From Bacteroidales bacterium (lineage in GTDB: Bacteria > Bacteroidota > Bacteroidia > Bacteroidales > Muribaculaceae), in assembly GCA_020860445.1 (NCBI GenBank), contig JAJBUH010000138.1:9840-73839 (forward strand): a stretch of DNA of 64,000 nucleotides, given 5' to 3'. Made by a program: the position numbers and the translations under genes. Below, one piece after another: positions 1-12,198 of this stretch (its first letter is position 1; the number at the start of each line of letters is the position of its first letter). Under the pieces are notes generated by a model, which worked only from the letters and a program-made list of their open reading frames with translations, did not search any database and was not told where the DNA came from.

Positions 1-95
1 CCTTGAAATCTGCCATCGACATATTTTCAAGATATCACAAATCGCCCTCAACTTGGGGTCGATTTGGAGTTGCCAGAAAGATTTGGTAAAAATAA

Positions 96-130
96 AGAGG
101 CAAACTTCTGATGATCAGAAGCTTGCCTCT
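96..130 (-). terminator. Hairpin terminator downstream of tRNA-Thr
   Basis: 17-nt arms AGAGGCAAACTTCTGAT / ATCAGAAGCTTGCCTCT with one mismatch. On the minus strand they are followed by TTATTTTTACC. Confidence 0.5.
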
Positions 131-137
131 TTGGGGG

Positions 138-210
138 AGCCGCGAGTGGGACTCGAACCCACGACCTTTTCGTTACGAATGAAATGCTCTACCGACTGAG
201 CTATTGCGGC
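138..210 (-). tRNA. tRNA-Thr (anticodon CGU)
   Basis: Minus-strand cloverleaf. Acceptor GCCGCAA/TCGCGGC has one A-C mismatch. D arm GCTC-AGTCGGTA-GAGC, anticodon loop TTCGTAA, T arm GTGGG-TTCGAGT-CCCAC. CCA is not encoded. Confidence 0.85.
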
Positions 211-399
211 GGTTATGGTTTGTGAGTGCAAAGGTAGGGATTATTTCCCAAATGACAAAATTTGAGACAGACTTTTTTCTCGCCAAGGTGACTGAGATAG
301 GGGAGGAGGCTGAGATTCGCAAAATTTCTATAGGGGATTAATTTGAGGGTAAGGAAAAATTTTGTAATTTCGCAATATCAAAAATAGAGAAAGGAGTCT

Positions 400-936
400 A
401 TGGCGAGGAAGGTGACGATGGTGACGGGGGGGCAGCGGTCGGGGAAGAGCGCTGTGGCTGAGAGGGTGGCGATGGAGGCGGCTGAGAGGTGCCTGTACAT
501 CGCTACCGCTGAGGTGCGCGATGAGGAGATGGCTGAACGAGTGAGGAGGCATCAGGCCCGGCGCGGGCCACGGTGGACAACTTATGAAGAGACTCTGTGG
601 ATAGCCAAAGCCCCTATAGTGCCCGGCCAGGCTGTGCTCGTTGATTGCCTGACGCTATTTGCCACCAACCATTTCTTTAACTGCCACGAGGATGTAGACA
701 AAGCATTAGCAGAGTGCAAACAAGAGGTTGACAACCTGCTGGCACAGGATGCCTCCTTTGTGCTAGTCACCAATGAGATAGGCATGGGCGGCATCAGCGC
801 CAATCAGATGCAGCGCCGATTCACCGACCTGATGGGCTGGCTCAACCAGTATGTGGCTCAGCGAGCCGATGAAGTAATCCTGATGGTCAGCGGAATAGAA
901 GTGAAAGTTAAAAATGAATTAATGAAAAATGAATAA
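400..936 (+). CDS. cobU: Adenosylcobinamide kinase / adenosylcobinamide-phosphate guanylyltransferase
   Basis: P-loop [14 protein letters not shown] and ~178 aa length. It is the first gene of the nucleotide-loop operon and overlaps the cobT start. Confidence 0.9.
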   Translation: MARKVTMVTGGQRSGKSAVAERVAMEAAERCLYIATAEVRDEEMAERVRRHQARRGPRWTTYEETLWIAKAPIVPGQAVLVDCLTLFATNHFFNCHEDVDKALAECKQEVDNLLAQDASFVLVTNEIGMGGISANQMQRRFTDLMGWLNQYVAQRADEVILMVSGIEVKVKNELMKNE

Positions 937-1948
937 TGCCATGGATATAGAGCAGGCGCTCAGAGATAAGATTGACAATCTGACCAAGCCCAAGGGGTCG
1001 TTGGGGAGGCTCGAGGAGATAGCCCTGCAGGTGGGGAAAATCCAGAATACCCTCACCCCGCACCTTGACAAGCCTTGCAACATCCTGTTTGGTGCCGACC
1101 ACGGAATAGTCGAGGAGGGCGTAACAGTATCGCCACGTGAGGTGACTTGGCAGCAGATGCTGCATTTTGCCCATGGAGGAGCCGGCATCAATTTCCTATG
1201 CAACCAGCACGGTTTCAAGCTCGTGCTTGTTGACGCTGGCGTTGACTATGATTTCCCTGTCGAGGCTGGCATCATCGATGCCAAGGTTGGCCGAGGCACC
1301 CGCAATTTCCTCCATGCCCCAGCCATGGACCTGACCGAGTGGGCCGTATGCGTTGAGCGCGGTAGCGCCATCGTTGATCAGGTACACTCCGATGGGTGCA
1401 ATATAGTGAGCTTTGGCGAGATGGGCAGCGGCAACACCTCGGCTGCCTCGATGTGGATGCATATACTCACTGGCATCCCTCTCGAGGATTGCATCGGCGC
1501 TGGCGCCGGCCTCGACAAGCCGGGCATACAACACAAACTCAAGGTGTTGAAACAAGCTTGGCAGAATTATAGCGGGGCCGACCACCTGATCGACAAACTC
1601 GCATATTTCGGTGGCTACGAGATGGTGATGGCCATGTCGGGCATGTGCCGAGCTGCCGCGCTCGGCATGGTGGTGCTGGTTGATGGCTTTATCATGACAG
1701 CTTGCATGTTGGCGGCTCGCGCTCTGTATCCGCCAGTGATGGCCAATGCCATCTTCGGCCATCAGGGTGACGAGGCTGGCCATCGGCGTATGCTCGAGGC
1801 CATGGGAGCCAAGCCCTTGCTGTCGCTCAGCCTAAGGCTGGGCGAGGGGAGTGGAGCCGTTTGCGCCTATCCGATTGTGGATTCTGCGGTGAGGATGATC
1901 AACGAGATGGACACCTTCCAAGTAGTAGATGTTACCAAATACTTTTAA
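929..1948 (+). CDS. cobT: Nicotinate-nucleotide--dimethylbenzimidazole phosphoribosyltransferase
   Basis: [15 protein letters not shown] and [12 protein letters not shown] motifs typical of CobT, 339 aa. Confidence 0.92.
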   Translation: MNNAMDIEQALRDKIDNLTKPKGSLGRLEEIALQVGKIQNTLTPHLDKPCNILFGADHGIVEEGVTVSPREVTWQQMLHFAHGGAGINFLCNQHGFKLVLVDAGVDYDFPVEAGIIDAKVGRGTRNFLHAPAMDLTEWAVCVERGSAIVDQVHSDGCNIVSFGEMGSGNTSAASMWMHILTGIPLEDCIGAGAGLDKPGIQHKLKVLKQAWQNYSGADHLIDKLAYFGGYEMVMAMSGMCRAAALGMVVLVDGFIMTACMLAARALYPPVMANAIFGHQGDEAGHRRMLEAMGAKPLLSLSLRLGEGSGAVCAYPIVDSAVRMINEMDTFQVVDVTKYF

Positions 1949-2047
1949 GTGAAAAGTGAATAATGAAAAATGAAGAATAAAAAATGAAGAATGGCTATCC
2001 GGGTACTTTTGACTTTTGACTTTTGACTTTTGACTTGGAAATGACTT

Positions 2048-2803
2048 TTGACTTTGAGACGGATTGCTGCATCGATAATGTTTTTCACTCGGTTGCCTCT
2101 GTGGCGACTGGTGGAGGTGCCCGCTGAGTGTTACAAGCGGGTGGTTGAGTTGTGGCCCTTGGCCGGGTGGCTCACCGGCGGAGTCGCGGCACTAATCCTA
2201 TGGGGCGCAAGCCTCGCGCTGCCATTAACTACGGCCGTGATTTTGGCTTATGCTGGCAGACTGCTGCTTACTGGGGCCCTCCACGAAGACGGCCTTGCCG
2301 ACTTTTGTGACGGCATGGGCGGTGGCACAACTCGCGAACGCACGCTCGCCATCATGAAGGATTCGCATATTGGCACCTACGGGGTGCTGGGCCTGATACT
2401 TTATTATCTGCTGTTGGTGACCCTGGTGAGCCAAGCTCCAATGCCAATCTATGAGCTGTGCCTGACGGTGCTGGCAGCCGACTGCTGGAGCAAATTCTGC
2501 GCTGCCCAGATTATTAACGTGCTCCCTTATGCTCGCACCGAGGCCACGGCAAAAAACCGCACAGTGTATGAGCGCATGGGCGTAGGCGGATTCCTGACCG
2601 CTCTTGTCTTCGGTGTGGTCCCATCGGCGTGGCTGATATGGGACACTGGGTGCCATAAGCTGATTTTTGCCATGGCGGCGAGCGCGATTGTGGCGGCATT
2701 GCTATTCTGGCTGATGCATCGTCGCCTGCGCGGATACACTGGCGACTGCTGTGGCGCCACCTTTCTGCTATGCGAGCTGGCCTATTGGATAGTGGTAGGG
2801 TGA
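2048..2803 (+). CDS. cobS: Adenosylcobinamide-GDP ribazoletransferase (cobalamin synthase)
   Basis: FFTRLPLW and HEDGLADFCDG motifs in a polytopic membrane protein. The TTG start lies inside a GACTTTT repeat tract, so the start is uncertain. Confidence 0.85.
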   Translation: MTLRRIAASIMFFTRLPLWRLVEVPAECYKRVVELWPLAGWLTGGVAALILWGASLALPLTTAVILAYAGRLLLTGALHEDGLADFCDGMGGGTTRERTLAIMKDSHIGTYGVLGLILYYLLLVTLVSQAPMPIYELCLTVLAADCWSKFCAAQIINVLPYARTEATAKNRTVYERMGVGGFLTALVFGVVPSAWLIWDTGCHKLIFAMAASAIVAALLFWLMHRRLRGYTGDCCGATFLLCELAYWIVVG

Positions 2804-2895
2804 TTATCCTCGCCGCAAAACGGCGAGGCACAGAACCGGGAGGGGATTTTTCATTTTTCATTTTTAATTTTTCATTTTTAATTTTTCATTTATTC

Positions 2896-3447
2896 ATGGA
2901 GATAACCTTTGTGAGACATACGTCAGTGGATGTGCCACGGGGCGTATGCTATGGCCAGACCGATGTCGGGCTGCGCAACACTTTCCCTCAGGAGGCTGAG
3001 GCAGTTAAGCAACAGCTGCTGGGGCAGGAGTTTGACGCGGCGTTCTGCAGTCCTCTATCGCGATGCCGTCGATTGGCCGAGTATTGCGGCTATGGCAATG
3101 CCGCGCTTGACCCGAGGCTGATGGAGATGAATTTCGGCGAGTGGGAGATGAAGCGCTATGAGGACATCCGCGACCCGCGCTTGCTGCAGTGGTTTGAAAA
3201 TTACTGGAATATCACGCCCACCGGTGGTGAAAATTGGCTGGAGCAGGGCGAGAGGTTGCGCAGCTTTGTCGCCTCGCTCATCGAGCAAGGTGTGGAGCGC
3301 CCAGTGGTATTCACCCACGGGGGTATTGTGCTTCATGCCCTCAATCAATTGGCTGGATATCCAAGAGAGGGCCTCTTTGATCATCTGCCTCCTTACGGTG
3401 GTATCGTGAAAATCGGGGTTTCTGCCGATTTTTGTAAGGAAATCTAA
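2896..3447 (+). CDS. cobC: Alpha-ribazole phosphatase (histidine phosphatase family)
   Basis: Starts at the in-frame ATG giving MEITFVRHTSVD...CYGQTDVGL (RH catalytic motif). The upstream part of the 2770 ORF is low-complexity repeat. Confidence 0.8.
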   Translation: MEITFVRHTSVDVPRGVCYGQTDVGLRNTFPQEAEAVKQQLLGQEFDAAFCSPLSRCRRLAEYCGYGNAALDPRLMEMNFGEWEMKRYEDIRDPRLLQWFENYWNITPTGGENWLEQGERLRSFVASLIEQGVERPVVFTHGGIVLHALNQLAGYPREGLFDHLPPYGGIVKIGVSADFCKEI

Positions 3448-3652
3448 GAATTATCAGTAAATTTGTAACTTTAAAACCGTAATAATCACTACTTCGTAGC
3501 GAGAAACCATAAAACCGCAAGGACATAAAACCGCAAGGACATAAGATTCATAAGGTCATAAGCCTCCTATAGAAACCCTAGGATTCTAGGATTCCTATGC
3601 ATCCTAAGGTTCCTACCCTATGCTCAAAAGTATTAACCTAAACATACCGCTT

Positions 3653-4741
3653 ATGAAGAAAACTTTACTTTTCGCTTTTGCAGCAGCCTGCGGGCTGTGC
3701 GCCATGGCCGATGATGATGTGGAGTACGCATCAATCGGCTCAGCCGAGTATCAAGATGGGCTGCTCCTGTCATGTTTCGGCATCACCACCGAGACCTGGT
3801 TGGTTGATATCCAGCAATGCACCACCGACGAGAATCTCTATCGTCTCGCCAATCCCTACATCGCCGAGACATGCCCGGTCGACTTCGAGGCTGCCGGCCT
3901 CACCATCGACCCGAGCGCTGCCACCGAGTACTGGTATCTCAATGCCACAAATCCTGATGCCGTAAAGCCCACTACCTATTTCTACACCGGCATCTACAAT
4001 GGCGAAACTGCTATCTCGATGTGCTATGACAGCCGCTATTCTGAAAATTTCACTTTCTCTGATGGCGTGTTTACCTCCAAGCCCTATAGTATCTATACTT
4101 ATTATGGTACTGGTTCGTCTGACTGGGCCTACTATACCACAATCATCTATCTGCCCGGGGCCGAAAAAGAGGTGTGGAGCAAGAAATGCGACGCAATGTT
4201 CACCGACGGATTCTGGTGTATGTACACCGACACTGAAGCTCAAAGTTGGGAGGTTGAGGTCTATGAGAGCAACAAGCAGGAGGGTGTAATCCGCGTGGAG
4301 AATCCCTACACTGCCAGCACTTGTCCGCTTGACTATGGCGATGCCGAGATCAATTCGTCGGCCGATGCCTACTGGGAGATTAAGGTGGCTGATCCAGATG
4401 CCGTAAAGCAGGTTGAAACCTATTTCTGCATAGGCGTGGATTTGGTGGGAGGTTACCCAATATTCTTCTATAACTCCACAGCTGGCACGATGATCGACAA
4501 CAAGATAGTATTCCCGGCTGGCAATATCTATGCGTGGTATATCTATTCGAGTTCGAGCTATACCGCGCTCAATGAATTCGTAATCGACCTCAATGGATCG
4601 TCAAGCATTGCCGATATCGAGGCTGCCAACGATGCTGCGCCTGTCTACTATAACCTGCAGGGTATGCGCATCGCCGAGCCAAAGGCAGGGCAAGTGGCAA
4701 TCATGCGCCAAGGAAATAAAGTAACAAAAATCGTAAAATGA
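3653..4741 (+). CDS. Secreted protein with T9SS C-terminal sorting domain and an internal duplicated domain
   Basis: Signal peptide MKKTLLFAFAAACGLCAMA and C-terminus YYNLQGMRIAEPKAGQVAIMRQGNKVTKIVK. Two similar modules end in NPY(I/T)A(E/S)TCP(V/L)D(F/Y). Confidence 0.7.
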   Translation: MKKTLLFAFAAACGLCAMADDDVEYASIGSAEYQDGLLLSCFGITTETWLVDIQQCTTDENLYRLANPYIAETCPVDFEAAGLTIDPSAATEYWYLNATNPDAVKPTTYFYTGIYNGETAISMCYDSRYSENFTFSDGVFTSKPYSIYTYYGTGSSDWAYYTTIIYLPGAEKEVWSKKCDAMFTDGFWCMYTDTEAQSWEVEVYESNKQEGVIRVENPYTASTCPLDYGDAEINSSADAYWEIKVADPDAVKQVETYFCIGVDLVGGYPIFFYNSTAGTMIDNKIVFPAGNIYAWYIYSSSSYTALNEFVIDLNGSSSIADIEAANDAAPVYYNLQGMRIAEPKAGQVAIMRQGNKVTKIVK

Positions 4742-4744
4742 CCT

Positions 4745-4852
4745 TGTTGAGCCTCTCCGAGGCTCGCTGATGGGGGAAGAACTAACCCCAGGTATTTATG
4801 GCGCAAGCGCCATAAATACCTGGGGTTAACATTGTTGAGCCTCTTCGAGGCT
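4745..4852 (-). repeat. Triple-hairpin intergenic element (E family), copy 1
   Basis: GAGCCTCTCCGAGGCTC, then a perfect 19-bp hairpin CCCCAGGTATTTATGGCGC/GCGCCATAAATACCTGGGG, then GAGCCTCTTCGAGGCT. It sits between the convergent T9SS gene and ppdK. Confidence 0.75.
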
Positions 4853-4858
4853 ATGGGA

Positions 4859-7573
<2,715 letters not shown>

Positions 7574-7727
7574 TTAACGGGTATCTTTTTATGATTAAAC
7601 GAATATGTTTCGGTAGTTGCTACTAAAATTAAGGCTGTTTTAGATTAACATATAATAGGAACCTAAGGTTTGAGCCAAAGGCCCTTTTTTATAATTAATA
7701 CGCAAATTTAGCTTTTTAATTTCTAAT

Positions 7728-7767
7728 AATAAAAAAAATCGTCACTTTTTTGTTAAAAAAATGACGA
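7728..7767 (-). terminator. Intrinsic terminator of the lipid kinase gene
   Basis: TCGTCATTTTTTT-AAC-AAAAAAGTGACGA hairpin on the minus strand, followed by a T8 run. Confidence 0.6.
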
Positions 7768-7775
7768 ATTGGCCT

Positions 7776-8747
7776 TTAAGGCCGAAATAGCTTGCCGATA
7801 GCGATGCCCCAATCGCGCAGAGTGAGGTCGATAGGGGTGATAAACGGGGTGATCTGCTTGTTGCTGTCATGGGCAAACACTTTGAGCCTCTTGGGCAGGC
7901 AACGCACGTCGACAGCGCCGTCCATCTTGAGCGGCTCGCCATCGATGTGGGCGTACGACGAGGCACAGTCGGGCTGGATTTTCACCTCTTTGACTCTCAG
8001 TGTCTCGATATGGTTGTTGTATGGCACCATGCCCGAGATAATGTCAAAACCGGCCAGCAGCATCTGCAGCACATTGCCGCTCTCGATGATCACCAGGTCG
8101 AGCTGACCGTCGGTGATCGATGCCTCGGGGGCGATGAATGCGTTGTTGCCGTATTGCGAGGCATTGCAGCAAGCCACCAAGAAGGCATTGCGGGTGAATG
8201 TCTGCCCGTCGGCAGTGATGGTGTAGGTAGTCGGCTCATATTTGCCAAATTCCTCCATCACATTCTTAATGTATGTCATACGGCCGCGCCGTTTCTCTGT
8301 GGCGAATTTCCACGACACTGTGGCATCAAATCCCATGCCGAAGGTGCAGAAAAACAGTTTGCCGTTGGCAATGCCGCAGTCGCACTCTATGCTCTCGCGG
8401 GCCCCGATCACATCGAGCGACAACATCTCGTCGATGGGTATGCCCAGGTGTCGAGCCAGGCCATTGCCGCTGCCCGATGGGATTATGCCCAGGGTCACGC
8501 CGGTGCCGCACAGGGCGCAGGCTGCCTCGTTGACAGTGCCGTCGCCGCCGCACACAGTGACGCTGCCGAACCCTCGGGCCACAGCCTCGTTGGCGAGGCG
8601 CGTGGCGTCGCCCTTGGCTCCGGTGAAGGCCAGCTTGACATCAAAACCCTTAGCTGTGAGCTTTTCTACAAGTATATCTGACAACCCTTCTTTTGAGTTT
8701 ACACCCGAGATTGGGTTGACTATTAACATCATTTTTTCAGTTTCCAT
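7776..8747 (-). CDS. Diacylglycerol/lipid kinase family protein (YegS/BmrU-like)
   Basis: LIVNPISG..., GGDGTVNEA and GIIPSGSGNGLAR motifs. The start is set at METEK because the longer ORF would overlap the proS start. Confidence 0.85.
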   Translation of the reverse strand: METEKMMLIVNPISGVNSKEGLSDILVEKLTAKGFDVKLAFTGAKGDATRLANEAVARGFGSVTVCGGDGTVNEAACALCGTGVTLGIIPSGSGNGLARHLGIPIDEMLSLDVIGARESIECDCGIANGKLFFCTFGMGFDATVSWKFATEKRRGRMTYIKNVMEEFGKYEPTTYTITADGQTFTRNAFLVACCNASQYGNNAFIAPEASITDGQLDLVIIESGNVLQMLLAGFDIISGMVPYNNHIETLRVKEVKIQPDCASSYAHIDGEPLKMDGAVDVRCLPKRLKVFAHDSNKQITPFITPIDLTLRDWGIAIGKLFRP

Positions 8748-8865
8748 GCTGCAAAGATAAGGATAATTTAGATTTTTGTTTGCGATAAAAATAATTTTTA
8801 CTAATTTTGCGACATAAAAATCGATAAAACGACAAAAGATAACCCAAAAAATAGACATACAGCAC

Positions 8866-10347
8866 ATGGCAATCGAACTTAAAGGCCTCACAAAGCGCAG
8901 TGAGAACTACTCGCAATGGTACAACGAGCTGGTGGCAAAAGCCGACTTGGCTGAGCAATCGGCAGTGCGCGGATGCATGGTGATCAAACCCTACGGCTAC
9001 GCCATCTGGGAGAAGATGCAGCAGACTCTGGACAGGATGTTCAAGGAGACAGGCGTGCAAAACGCTTACTTCCCATTGCTCATCCCCAAATCATTTCTAT
9101 GCCGCGAGGCCGAGCATGTCGAGGGCTTCGCCAAGGAGTGTGCCGTGGTTACCCACTACCGCTTGAAAAACGACCCCAACGGCAAGGGCGTTGTCGTTGA
9201 CCCTGAGGCCAAGCTCGAGGAGGAGCTAATCGTGCGTCCCACCTCTGAGACCATCATCTGGGGCACCTATAAGAATTGGATCCACAGTTGGCGCGACCTG
9301 CCACTGCTGATCAACCAATGGGCCAATGTGATGCGTTGGGAGATGAGAACTCGCATGTTCCTGCGCACAGCCGAGTTCCTGTGGCAGGAGGGCCACTGCG
9401 CCCACGCCACCGCTGAGGAGAACGAAGCGCGCACCGTCGAGATGATCAATGTCTACGCCCGATTCGCCGAGGATTACATGGCTATGCCCGTGACCATAGG
9501 CGTCAAGACGGCCAACGAGCGTTTTGCCGGCGCGCTCAATACATACACCATCGAGGCCATGATGCAAGACGGCAAGGCCCTGCAGAGCGGCACCAGCCAC
9601 AACCTGGGCCAAAACTTCGCCAAGGCATTCGACGTCACCTACAGCGACAAGGACAACAAGCCACAATACGTATGGGCCAACTCGTGGGGCGTATCGACAC
9701 GCTTGATGGGAGCCCTGATCATGAGCCATAGCGACGACAACGGCCTGGTGCTTCCTCCCAAGCTCGCCCCCATACAGGTGGTAATCATACCTATTTATAA
9801 AAATAAGGAGCAGCTCGCTACCGTCACAGCCACCGTGCTGCCCATCATGGAGCAGTTGCGTGCCCTCGGCATCAGCGTCAAGTATGACGATGCCGACAAC
9901 AAGCGCCCGGGCTTCAAATTTGCCGACTACGAGGTCAAGGGCGTGCCTGTGCGCCTCGTGCTTGGCGAACGCGACATCCAGAATGACACGGTCGAACTGA
10001 TGCGCCGCGACACTCTCGAGAAGGAGAACGTGCCTCTCGAGGGCATAGCCGAGCATATCAAAGAGCTGCTCGACGATATCCAGCGCAACATCTACGCCAA
10101 GGCCCTGAAGATGCGCGAGGAGAAAACTTATGTCTGCGACAGCTACGAGGAATTTAAGGAGAAGATTGAAGACGGCGGATTCTTCCTCTGCCACTGGGAC
10201 GGCACTCCCGAGACCGAAGAGAAGATCAAGGAGGAGACCAAGGCCACAATCCGCTGCATTCCCCTCGATGGCGACAAGACCCTGGGCAAGTGCATGGTCA
10301 CCGGCAAGCCCTCGGCTCAGCGCGTAATCATCGCCCGCAACTACTAA
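8866..10347 (+). CDS. proS: Proline--tRNA ligase (archaeal/eukaryote-like class II)
   Basis: 493 aa with [12 protein letters not shown]...[16 protein letters not shown] and a C-terminal cysteine-containing region. Confidence 0.95.
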   Translation: MAIELKGLTKRSENYSQWYNELVAKADLAEQSAVRGCMVIKPYGYAIWEKMQQTLDRMFKETGVQNAYFPLLIPKSFLCREAEHVEGFAKECAVVTHYRLKNDPNGKGVVVDPEAKLEEELIVRPTSETIIWGTYKNWIHSWRDLPLLINQWANVMRWEMRTRMFLRTAEFLWQEGHCAHATAEENEARTVEMINVYARFAEDYMAMPVTIGVKTANERFAGALNTYTIEAMMQDGKALQSGTSHNLGQNFAKAFDVTYSDKDNKPQYVWANSWGVSTRLMGALIMSHSDDNGLVLPPKLAPIQVVIIPIYKNKEQLATVTATVLPIMEQLRALGISVKYDDADNKRPGFKFADYEVKGVPVRLVLGERDIQNDTVELMRRDTLEKENVPLEGIAEHIKELLDDIQRNIYAKALKMREEKTYVCDSYEEFKEKIEDGGFFLCHWDGTPETEEKIKEETKATIRCIPLDGDKTLGKCMVTGKPSAQRVIIARNY

Positions 10348-10366
10348 TGGTAGATATGGTGGCTCT

Positions 10367-10444
10367 GATGGCATGGCCTGTCAGAGCTGCCGTTATTCAC
10401 TATTTGATGGCATGGCCTGTCAGAGCTGCCGTTATTCACTATTC
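10367..10444. repeat. Tandem duplication of a 39-bp unit
   Basis: GATGGCATGGCCTGTCAGAGCTGCCGTTATTCACTATT(T) occurs twice head to tail. It runs into the ATTCACTATTCA word repeat. Confidence 0.9.
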
Positions 10445-10467
10445 ACTATTCATTATTCACTTTAACG

Positions 10468-10746
10468 ATGGACAACAAGACGATATGCGCTCGCGTAGCC
10501 AAAGAGATAGGGCAGGAGCCAGCCCAGGCAGCGCGCTTGGTTGACGCTTTCGCCAAGGTGATGCGCGAACGCATCTCCAATCTGGATTCCATAGCGATTC
10601 CCGGATTTGGAAACTTTGTGGCTCTCAAGCTGCCCGAGCGAGTGCAAAGCGAAAGCTCGACCGGCAAGCGCACTCTGCTCCCCCCACAAATCAAGGTGGA
10701 GTTTGTGGCGAGCGCCATGCTAAAGAAGCTATTAGAAAACAATTAA
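10468..10746 (+). CDS. HU-family DNA-binding protein
   Basis: 92 aa with an IPGFGNF...P beta-arm pattern and an HU-like N-terminal helix pair. Confidence 0.8.
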   Translation: MDNKTICARVAKEIGQEPAQAARLVDAFAKVMRERISNLDSIAIPGFGNFVALKLPERVQSESSTGKRTLLPPQIKVEFVASAMLKKLLENN

Positions 10747-10755
10747 TCGAGGCCT

Positions 10756-11943
10756 ATGAATAATATTATTACCCTCCGGCGCCTGTCGGAGCAAATAGCC
10801 AAAGAGGCGGGCATTGAGCAAGCGGCGGCCGAGGAATTTGTCAAAGCCTTGACCTCGGCCATCAGCAATGGGCTCGAACAGGGCGAGACCGTCAAGCTCA
10901 AGGGAGTGGGAGAGTTCTCACCCTCAAAGGGCCGCGTGTCCTTCACCCCAGCTGTCGAGCTGTCTGAGGCCATCAATGAGCCTTTTGCGATGTTCGCGCC
11001 CGAGGAGCTTGACCCTGACCTCAAATTGGAAGACTTAAAAAATCCCGACCTCGGCGATGTGGCAACCGCCGCAGCGGCCACCCGTCACCCCCATGAGGAA
11101 CAAGCAACCGAAGAAAAAACTGCAGAGGCGCCCCAGGCTCCGATAGCTGAGACCGTCAAAGAGGAAGCCCAGTCCGAGGCCAAACCAGCGCTGGCTCCCG
11201 CGCCTGTGGCTGACTCCAAGCCAGCTGAAAAAGCAGAGCCCAAACCGGCTGAGAAGGCTGACCCTCAGCCCGCTGAGCCGAAACCCGAAACAAAGGCCAA
11301 GCAAGCTCCAGTGCCAATTGTGCCGTTTGACGACGATGAGGAGGATGGCGGAGACGATGCCGTCGCTGCCTACGCCGCCTCAAATAGGGGAGGGCAGGGA
11401 TTCCCAACCTTCTGGGTTATGTGGGGCGTAATCTTTGGCTTGATTGTGGGCCTTGCCATCGGATTTTTTGTGCACGACCCGATCGAGCGTCTGCTCGAAC
11501 CATCGCTCGATGAGGACTATATGGCCGAGGCCCTGTACGATGGCGATGCCGAGGAATTGCCCGAGATGACTCCACCCGAAGAGGAACCTATCGCCGAACC
11601 CGATGCCACCGCAGTAGAGACTCCGGCTCCCGTCAAGGAAGAGCCAGCCGCCAAGCCGGCAACTGCCACAGCTCCATCAAAGGCTGCAGCCGAGATTTAC
11701 GACACCGTGCGCGAGGGCAACAGCCTGGGCTCGATGGCCAAGAAGCACTATGGCTCAAACGTCTATTGGGTGTACATCTACCTTGAAAACAAAGACGTGA
11801 TCGGCAATCCCAACAAGGTGGCCGTTGGCACACGCCTGAAGATACCCCCACTGAGCAAGTACGCTACCAAATCGACCGAGGCCGAAAACAAAGCCGACGC
11901 TCAGAAAAAGGTCAACGAAATCCTGCGCAAATACCCTAATTAG
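10756..11943 (+). CDS. HU-like N-terminal domain / P-A-E-K-rich linker / TM segment / C-terminal LysM protein
   Basis: N-terminus ...VKLKGVGEFS, low-complexity AEKAEPKPAEKADPQPAEPKPE, hydrophobic FPTFWVMWGVIFGLIVGLAIGFFV. The LysM-like segment is IYDTVREGNSLGSMAKKHYG...VGTRLKIPPL. Confidence 0.7.
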   Translation: MNNIITLRRLSEQIAKEAGIEQAAAEEFVKALTSAISNGLEQGETVKLKGVGEFSPSKGRVSFTPAVELSEAINEPFAMFAPEELDPDLKLEDLKNPDLGDVATAAAATRHPHEEQATEEKTAEAPQAPIAETVKEEAQSEAKPALAPAPVADSKPAEKAEPKPAEKADPQPAEPKPETKAKQAPVPIVPFDDDEEDGGDDAVAAYAASNRGGQGFPTFWVMWGVIFGLIVGLAIGFFVHDPIERLLEPSLDEDYMAEALYDGDAEELPEMTPPEEEPIAEPDATAVETPAPVKEEPAAKPATATAPSKAAAEIYDTVREGNSLGSMAKKHYGSNVYWVYIYLENKDVIGNPNKVAVGTRLKIPPLSKYATKSTEAENKADAQKKVNEILRKYPN

Positions 11944-12033
11944 TTATGAGGTGTGAGTTATGAGTTATGAGTTAATGGGGACACTGGGGCCCGACTGAGC
12001 ACCACTCATCACTCATAACTCACACCTCATAAC
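11943..12033. repeat. Long inverted repeat (30-bp arms, 31-nt loop) built from GTTATGAG words
   Basis: GTTATGAGGTGTGAGTTATGAGTTATGAGT versus its reverse complement at 12004-12033, with one mismatch. Confidence 0.85.
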
Positions 12034-12198
12034 TAAAAAACGTTAATTCTTTAATGTGCGAAACGTATAATAAACAAAATTAACATTATCCAATTTGCGC
12101 ATTTCACATATTAATCGTATCTTTGTGGTTGGATTGCAATCGTGCTTTCCAACCACAAAAATTTAAGACTAACAACTATTCTTTCATAGACTACAACT

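Noticed and set aside
211-399. Cobalamin riboswitch upstream of cobU
   Set aside because: No B12 box or conserved helices were recognisable by eye. It is not reported as a feature, and an Infernal scan would be decisive.
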